This document shows positions 58,554 through 64,000 of a stretch of DNA of 64,000 bases, in pieces. The translations under genes and the position numbers were made by a program. Positions within the stretch are counted from its first letter, which is position 1. Each line of letters starts with the position of its first letter. This stretch comes from Candidatus Sericytochromatia bacterium (GTDB taxonomy: Bacteria > Cyanobacteriota > Sericytochromatia > S15B-MN24 > UBA4093): contig JAKFBU010000023.1 of the NCBI GenBank assembly GCA_036676985.1, forward strand, positions 1 to 64,000, given 5' to 3'. The notes beneath the pieces were generated by a model. That model was not told the origin of the DNA. It saw only the letters and a program-made list of their open reading frames with translations, and did not search any database.

Positions 58554-59521
58554 TGCGACTCGATCGGTGCCTCGGCTTCGCCCTCAGCCTGGGCCTCCTT
58601 GGCTGCAGCTCCTATCTTCCACCGGGAGTCGAGCCCCTCCCGCCCCTGATCGGCCAGGTCGAGCCTCTCGCCTCCCGGCTGGTGGCCGCCAGCACGAGCG
58701 AGGTCGCCAACGGCGCCACGGTCGCGCTCATCGACCCCACTTCCGGGAACACCATCGCCACCACCCTCAGTACCCCCAACGGCCAGTTCGTGCTCAACTT
58801 CCCGCCCGCCACCTTCACCCCGGGATCCAACCCGTATTTCCTCGAGGCGAGCAAGGGACTGGGCACCAGCAGCAACCAGGTGGGTGCCAGTGCCGTACGC
58901 CTCCGGACCCTCATCCGCATGAACAACGGCGACTGGGAGTCCTTCAGCAGCAACGGCATCTACGTCGGCCGCTCGACCACCGCGCTTGCCATCCTCTCGA
59001 GCCTCAAGGGGCTGAGCGTCGCCCAGAACATCGCTCTCTTGAAGACCCTCACGGTCGGAGCGCCCTCGACCGTGGGCGGCATCACGAGCCCGGACACGTT
59101 CGGGGGAACCCCGGCCGTGACGGCCCTCGAGTACCAGCAGGTGTGGGACCTGGTGACCCGTTCCCTGGATCAGAACGCCGATCCCATGGCCTCGATCGTC
59201 CAGCGCCCGAACGCCACGGCCAGCGTGGACACGGACCTGGGAAGCGGCTACGGCCTGCGGCCCGGGTTCGGCTGGGCAGCGGCCGGCGTCGTGCTGGCGG
59301 ACGTCAGCCCGGCGGCCGCTGCCGTCGGCAGCACGCTGACCCTGTATGGCCACGGACTGAACGCGGGCCTGACGGTCCGGCTCAACAGCCTCTCGTGCCC
59401 GGTGCTCACGACCGACGGGACCACGGCCACCTTCAGGCTGCCTGCCGGCTCGACCAGCGGCAACCTGGAGGTTCGCTCCGGGCCCTGGATTCATCGCGGC
59501 CTGTTCGTCACGGTGCTGTAA
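58550..59521 (+). CDS. Lipoprotein sharing its N-domain with 55746-58553, C-terminal IPT/TIG
   Basis: LLG-C lipobox. EVANGATV.LIDP..G.T..TTL..P.G.F.LN...PY.LEA.KGL shared with the upstream gene. Start overlaps the upstream stop. Confidence 0.82.
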   Translation: MMRLDRCLGFALSLGLLGCSSYLPPGVEPLPPLIGQVEPLASRLVAASTSEVANGATVALIDPTSGNTIATTLSTPNGQFVLNFPPATFTPGSNPYFLEASKGLGTSSNQVGASAVRLRTLIRMNNGDWESFSSNGIYVGRSTTALAILSSLKGLSVAQNIALLKTLTVGAPSTVGGITSPDTFGGTPAVTALEYQQVWDLVTRSLDQNADPMASIVQRPNATASVDTDLGSGYGLRPGFGWAAAGVVLADVSPAAAAVGSTLTLYGHGLNAGLTVRLNSLSCPVLTTDGTTATFRLPAGSTSGNLEVRSGPWIHRGLFVTVL

Positions 59522-59644
59522 GGGGACCGCAAGCGCAACGCGCGCGTCACAAAGACGCCGGGATGTCATTTAATGCCCGTTTAACGGTACAACCGGGGGT
59601 TCCGGGGTAGGAATGAACCAGCCCCAGAAGCCAGGAGGTTCCCC

Positions 59645-59818
59645 ATGCACATCGGAAAATCAGTCAGGTCCTTCGCTCGCCGTACCGTGAACAAGGCCAA
59701 GTCTACCTACAAGAAGGCCAAGAACTATGTCGCCAAGGTGACGGGCCATAATCAGGACCAGAAGAAGCTCAGCGGGTATGCCGCCGGCCGCTACGGCGGC
59801 TATGGCAAGTTGGGCTAA
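59645..59818 (+). CDS. Small basic protein (57 aa), absent from the ORF track
   Basis: AGGAGG RBS 6 nt upstream. MHIGKSVRSFARRTVNKAKSTYKKAKNYVAKVTGHNQDQKKLSGYAAGRYGGYGKLG. Followed by a terminator. Confidence 0.65.
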   Translation: MHIGKSVRSFARRTVNKAKSTYKKAKNYVAKVTGHNQDQKKLSGYAAGRYGGYGKLG

Positions 59819-59844
59819 CCGCTACGCTGGCATTCGCCTCGAGA

Positions 59845-59872
59845 AAACGCCCGCCGGTGACGGCGGGCGTTT
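59845..59872. terminator. Bidirectional terminator
   Basis: AAACGCCCGCCG-GTGA-CGGCGGGCGTTT. Confidence 0.8.
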
Positions 59873-59881
59873 CGCTTGGCG

Positions 59882-61054
59882 CTACTTGTGAACGACGCCG
59901 ACCTCGAGGTTGGCGTAAAGGAAGGCGCGATCGCGCTTCAGGAGCTCGGCTGCGAACTCCGGGAAGCGCTCGATCTGCTTCACTTCGTCCGACGGGATGG
60001 CGCGAGCGAGCAGGGTGTTCCAGTTGGCCATGCGCGCCCCGTTCCGGCCGATCCGCACGATCTCCTCGTGCAGGCGCACGAAGATCGGCTGGCTGATCCA
60101 GTCGAAGAGGTTGGAGACGTTGAACTTGGAGAAGGTGTCATCCGGCATCGAGGTGAGGAACTGCTCGATCTCGCCCGTGAAGATCTCGATCCGGCCGACC
60201 CGCTCGCGCATGGTCTCGAAGTTCTCGCGCTGGAGGTGGGGCGGCAGGGCGTCCTCGTCCAGGTAGTGTCCGAGCAGGATGAGCCCCAGGAAGTAGTTGG
60301 ATCGGATGGGGATCTGGGTGAAGGCGTGCTCGGTGCGCGCCCGGAAGATCTTGCCGAAGTTGTCGAAGTCGACCAGGCGGAAGTGCTCCTTGTCCTTGGC
60401 CCGGGTCATGACCGTCCGGCTGAAGAACATGTCGAAGATCGTCCGCCAGAGCGGCCCGTCGATCTCCTGGTCGTAAAAGGCCCGCTGATCGGCGAGCGTC
60501 GCGCAGTCGAAGAAGCGGCGGATCCGCTTGCGCCCGTAGAGCCCGCGCATGAGCTTGCCGAAGGCGAGCAGGTAGCGCTCGAGGCGGCCCACGAAAAGCA
60601 GGCCCTTCTCGACGAGGACCTGGTGCTCGTCCCAGAAGGCGCGGGCCTCGCTCGACAGCTCGTGCCTGAGCTTGTAGTAAAGCGCCTTGCGCCGGGTCGA
60701 CTTGCGGACGCCCATCAGCTCCAGGAGCTCGCCGTACTCGAGGGCCTTGAAGGCCGCCATCTTCATGCGCAAGAGGTGGTTCTGGCTCGCGTTGAAGTCC
60801 AGGGCCACGACCTTGGCCGGATCGTGCAGCAACAGCGAGAGCGTGTTGCAGCCGCCCGAGGTGATGGAGAAGCAGACGTCGCCCGAGCGCACCTGCAAGG
60901 CTTCCTGGAGGATCACGGGGTCCTCCCAGCAGTTGGCGTAGCCGATCGACCGGAAGAAGGGGCGGTCGGCCACCTCGCTCCGTAGGTTACGGGTGGCCTT
61001 CAGGGCCTGCGTGCGCTTGCTCTCCGAGAGGGTTTCGTCCTGGTGGCTGACCAT
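59882..61054 (-). CDS. DUF3419 / BtaA-like SAM-dependent 3-amino-3-carboxypropyl transferase family
   Basis: YANCWEDP, ITSGGCNTL, DFNASQ..L..K.AA, NYF, P..L..ENF, SN.FDW. Start at ATG 61054 (GGAG) or 61066. Confidence 0.82.
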   Translation of the reverse strand: MVSHQDETLSESKRTQALKATRNLRSEVADRPFFRSIGYANCWEDPVILQEALQVRSGDVCFSITSGGCNTLSLLLHDPAKVVALDFNASQNHLLRMKMAAFKALEYGELLELMGVRKSTRRKALYYKLRHELSSEARAFWDEHQVLVEKGLLFVGRLERYLLAFGKLMRGLYGRKRIRRFFDCATLADQRAFYDQEIDGPLWRTIFDMFFSRTVMTRAKDKEHFRLVDFDNFGKIFRARTEHAFTQIPIRSNYFLGLILLGHYLDEDALPPHLQRENFETMRERVGRIEIFTGEIEQFLTSMPDDTFSKFNVSNLFDWISQPIFVRLHEEIVRIGRNGARMANWNTLLARAIPSDEVKQIERFPEFAAELLKRDRAFLYANLEVGVVHK

Positions 61055-61117
61055 TAACCGCTCCATCGTCTAATTGGGGGCCATCCCCTTGTACCACGCA
61101 GGAGCGGCCTCGCAACG

Positions 61118-61753
61118 CTAAGCGTCGAGGATCGTCTCCCACAAAGTGCCGCGCCGCACCGGATGGCCATGCGCCGGCAGGATCCAATCAAAGGAAAGAC
61201 GCCCCACTTCCCGGATCGAGCGCCGGAGCATGGCCTCGTCCCAGGCCAAGAGGCTTGAAAGGATTCTAATCCGGCCCTTGGCCGTGGCGATGAGGTCTCC
61301 AGCGAACAGGGTGTCGCCGAGGCGCAGGCTCGTATGGCCCGGTGTGTGGCCGGGGCTCGGGATGATCTCGAGGTCGCCGATGCGCTGGCCCGGCTCGTAG
61401 GTGCGATGCACGCTCGGGCCCTTGACCCGGACGATGCAATCGGCCAGCCCCTTGATGCCCTCGCGCTTGTGCTCGCCATGGATGTAGGGGACGTCCTCCG
61501 CGGGCGCCCAGACCGTCGCGCCCGTCGCCTTTTCCAGGAAACGGGCGTTGCCGATGTGGTCGATGTCGTGGTGCGTCAGGAGGATGTGGGCCAGGTCGCC
61601 GGGCTTGAGGCCGTGAGAGGCGAGCTCGGCGAGGATGCGATCGCCTCGTCCGGGCAGGCCCGTGTCGATGAGCGTCGGCTCGTCGCCGAGGACGAGGTAG
61701 CAGTAGCTTCCCTTGGTGGCTTCCAGGCGGTGGACGTTCGCGCTGAGTTGCAT
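61118..61753 (-). CDS. Metallo-beta-lactamase-fold hydrolase
   Basis: LIDTG, THHDIDHIG, PGHTPGH, FAGD, PAHG. Confidence 0.9.
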   Translation of the reverse strand: MQLSANVHRLEATKGSYCYLVLGDEPTLIDTGLPGRGDRILAELASHGLKPGDLAHILLTHHDIDHIGNARFLEKATGATVWAPAEDVPYIHGEHKREGIKGLADCIVRVKGPSVHRTYEPGQRIGDLEIIPSPGHTPGHTSLRLGDTLFAGDLIATAKGRIRILSSLLAWDEAMLRRSIREVGRLSFDWILPAHGHPVRRGTLWETILDA

Positions 61754-61804
61754 GTCGCTCCTAGGACGGGGCCCCCCGACACCATACCCTCGGCGGGTGA
61801 AAAG

Positions 61805-62749
61805 CTAGCGTCGCCAGGGATACAGCGTCTGGCCCATGAGGGTGTTGGGCACGGGCGTCTCGGTCGGACCGACGCCGACCGCGCCGACTTGCCCGCCCTC
61901 GGGAAGGTAGTAGGTGTCGAAGACCTGGTCCCAGATCGAGATCACCTTGCCGTAGTTGCAGTTGGCGATCGCGAGGTCCGCCGCGTGGTGCCAGCGGTGC
62001 AGCTGGGCCGTGTTGAAGACGCGGTTGAGCCAGGCGGCCTCGAAGTCGATGTTGGCATGCTCCATGAAGCCCGTGACGGCGTTCAGCGTGGCGATGAGCG
62101 CGATGACCGGCGCCGGGACGCCCAAGAGCAGCATGGGGCCGAGGTAGGCGAGCGTGCCGAGCCAGGCGTCGACCAGGTGAAAGCGGCCGGCGTTGAGCGA
62201 GTAGACCCGCTCCGAGCCGTGGTGCACGGCGTGGAACTGCCAGAGAAAGGTGGTGTGGCCCAGCCGGTGGACCCAGTAGTAGCAGAATTCCGCGCTGACG
62301 AGGGCGAGCACGACCTGCAAGGCGAGGGGGGCATGCACCGGGAAGATCCCGCTCCAGAGCCCCTGGGCCGCGAGCCAGGTGATGGCGACGGCGAGCGCGG
62401 TCTCGTTGAGGCGGGCGATGAGGGGCAGGAAGAGGTTGGTCTGCACGGCGTCGGTGACGAGGTCCCCGCGGTCGCGGTTCCAGCCGGCACGATAGGGCAG
62501 GACCCGCTCCATCACGAGGAAGATACCGAGGCAGACAAGTGAGATGCCGCCCGTCACCAGGCTGTGCTGGGAGGCCGGAAGCCCGCTCGCGATGAACAGG
62601 TGAGCGCCGATCACCAACAGGACGACCGCGGGGTAGAAGAGCCGTCGGAGGGCAAAGAGCAGCGCCGTCTCGGGACGCTCGAGCCCCATGGTGGCCTGCC
62701 GCATTGGCAGGTGATCGATCGCGGGCATCGTTAGCGGAAGCGTCGCCAT
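61805..62749 (-). CDS. Sterol desaturase / fatty acid hydroxylase family protein
   Basis: YYWVHRLGH, FHAVHH, HAN, HRWHH, NYG..ISIWD.VF.T. Confidence 0.88.
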   Translation of the reverse strand: MATLPLTMPAIDHLPMRQATMGLERPETALLFALRRLFYPAVVLLVIGAHLFIASGLPASQHSLVTGGISLVCLGIFLVMERVLPYRAGWNRDRGDLVTDAVQTNLFLPLIARLNETALAVAITWLAAQGLWSGIFPVHAPLALQVVLALVSAEFCYYWVHRLGHTTFLWQFHAVHHGSERVYSLNAGRFHLVDAWLGTLAYLGPMLLLGVPAPVIALIATLNAVTGFMEHANIDFEAAWLNRVFNTAQLHRWHHAADLAIANCNYGKVISIWDQVFDTYYLPEGGQVGAVGVGPTETPVPNTLMGQTLYPWRR

Positions 62750-62829
62750 GTCGTCCCTCCCATCCTCGTGTACCGAGTTCGTTATCGAGCCGTTAAATCT
62801 CGACGTTCTTAAGTCAAAGGCAAGCTTCG

Positions 62830-62845
62830 ATTAAAGATCTTTAAT
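62830..62845. promoter_or_regulatory. Perfect 16-bp palindrome in a divergent promoter
   Basis: ATTAAAGATCTTTAAT between the desaturase (-) and UbiA-like (+) genes. Confidence 0.55.
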
Positions 62846-62922
62846 GGCTGGTGACGGAGGGCGAGGGCCCGAAAGACGGAGCGCCCGTGATTGGGTACAA
62901 GATTCCAAGCAAAGGAGGTCCC

Positions 62923-63870
62923 ATGGCAACTGATGCAGTGGCGCTACCGTTTCCAAAGCGCCTGAAACTCTACCTGGACGAGCGTTTCCCGCTCACGACC
63001 CACCTGGTGGTGGTCTTCGCCTTCTTCTTCAGCAACTACTTCCTCGCCGAACGATTGCTGCACACCGGCCCCGCGACCCTCGGTCCCCGGGCCCTCGCCG
63101 GCATGGTCGCCGTGCTCCTCACGTTCTTCCTGCTGCGCATCTTCGACGAGTTCAAGGACTACGACCGCGACGTGATCGCCCATCCCGACCGGATCGTCTC
63201 GCGTGGCATCATGCCGCTCGCCGAGCTCCGCACCATGGGCTGGGTGGTCGTGGGGATCCTCGCCGCCTGCAACCTCTTCCTGGGCTGGCAGGTCTTCGCA
63301 ACGTATCTCGCCGTCATCACATTCGCCTTGTTGATGTACAAGGAATTTTTCGTCGGCGAGTGGCTGAGCAAGCACGTCATGCTCTACGCGTTGACGCATC
63401 AGGTGATCACACCGCTGCTCTGCTTGTTTGTTTACGCGATCGCCGCGTTCCAGGCCTCGGGCGCATGGCATGCGCCTTTCTGGCTGCAGCTCGCCATGGG
63501 CGCGGGCACCGGCCTCGGCTGGGAGATGTCGCGCAAGGTGCGCATGCCCGACGACGAGCATCCCCAGATCGACACCTACTCGAAGCACTTCGGGCCCATG
63601 GTCGCCTCCATGATGGCCTTCGCCATCCTCGTGTCGGGGGCGGCCTGCGCCTCGTACGCGGGCCTGCTCGCGGGCTTCCCGGCGTACGCCTTCGGGCTCC
63701 TCGGGCTCGGATTGCTGGTCGCGACCGTGGGCTTCGTGCGCTTCTGGCTCAAGCCCACCTCCAAGGGCGCCAAGGGCCTGGACAACTGGGCGGCCGTCCT
63801 GATGCTCCTCTGCTACATCGCCATCGCGGTGGGCTCCGTCGGCTCCGACGGCGTCCGCTTCGTCGTATAA
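62923..63870 (+). CDS. UbiA-superfamily prenyltransferase-like protein (paralog of 22976-23932)
   Basis: YL.ERFPL, RIFDEFKDYDRD...HPDR..SRG, LM.KEFF, THQ, WEMSRK...DTYS..FG. ATG after AAGGAGG. Confidence 0.78.
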   Translation: MATDAVALPFPKRLKLYLDERFPLTTHLVVVFAFFFSNYFLAERLLHTGPATLGPRALAGMVAVLLTFFLLRIFDEFKDYDRDVIAHPDRIVSRGIMPLAELRTMGWVVVGILAACNLFLGWQVFATYLAVITFALLMYKEFFVGEWLSKHVMLYALTHQVITPLLCLFVYAIAAFQASGAWHAPFWLQLAMGAGTGLGWEMSRKVRMPDDEHPQIDTYSKHFGPMVASMMAFAILVSGAACASYAGLLAGFPAYAFGLLGLGLLVATVGFVRFWLKPTSKGAKGLDNWAAVLMLLCYIAIAVGSVGSDGVRFVV

Positions 63871-63882
63871 GGAGAGTTTTCC

Positions 63883-64000
63883 ATGACCGGGGCAACCCAC
63901 AACCCGCTCACCGACGAGAAGGAGCTGGGCGGCAAGGCCGCCAACCTCCAGAAGCTCGCGTCGGCGGGCTTTCCGGTGCCGCGCTGGTTCGTCGTGCCCA
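63883..64000 (+). CDS. PEP-utilising dikinase-type enzyme, N-terminal fragment (runs off window)
   Basis: MTGATHNPLTDEKELGGKAANLQKLASAGFPVPRWFVVP matches LGGKAANLARL...GFAVPEW.VIP of 29355-32075. AAGGAG RBS. Confidence 0.8.
   Translation, partial: MTGATHNPLTDEKELGGKAANLQKLASAGFPVPRWFVVP

Noticed and set aside
424-63900. Many long overlapping ORFs (for example 4411-6864 +, 10745-13069 -, 13402-16188 +, 32143-34527 -, 47947-50520 -)
   Set aside because: Antisense or frame-shifted shadows of real genes, expected in high-GC DNA. They are Arg/Pro/Gly-rich or mirror-codon translations with no family motifs.
1-64000. HIP1 (GCGATCGC) over-representation
   Set aside because: Several copies are visible, but enrichment over high-GC background cannot be judged without counting.

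Overview
High-GC bacterial chromosome window with about 50 genes and no rRNA, tRNA, CRISPR array, transposase or phage genes that I could recognise. Cyanobacterial-type SigF, SpsB/SPP/GH100 sucrose genes and many IPT/TIG-NHL lipoproteins, with no photosynthesis genes, suggest a non-photosynthetic relative of cyanobacteria such as Sericytochromatia (inference only). Contents in order: (1) a DUF523 fragment and a PLD; (2) two surface-lipoprotein loci (2.6-9.5 kb, 55-59.5 kb), the first with an N-strand / loop motif / C-terminal strand layout that resembles type V pilus donor-strand exchange; (3) Sua5, a two-gene orphan operon, a Zn-finger Clp lacking an IGF loop, a degenerate cyclase and a Gly-Pro/Tyr-rich lipoprotein; (4) an apparently uncharacterised lipid-biosynthesis locus (18.9-34.5 kb: MMPL, HMG-CoA reductase-like, UbiA-like, Psd, YghO/bCerS-like GNAT, PssA, membrane desaturase, CdsA, ferritin-like diiron protein, Rph/PigC-type PEP-utilising enzyme, lipid kinase), with a paralogous UbiA + PEP-utiliser + BtaA-like module at 59.9-64 kb; (5) an ethylmalonyl-CoA pathway (mch, ecm, MaoC, ccr, mcd, etfBA, FadF/EtfD-type oxidoreductase) interrupted by an antiporter/sucrose block. 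A GGGTA motif recurs upstream of about 10 transcription units and fits a SigB/SigF-type regulon. All calls come from reading motifs by eye; no searches were run.
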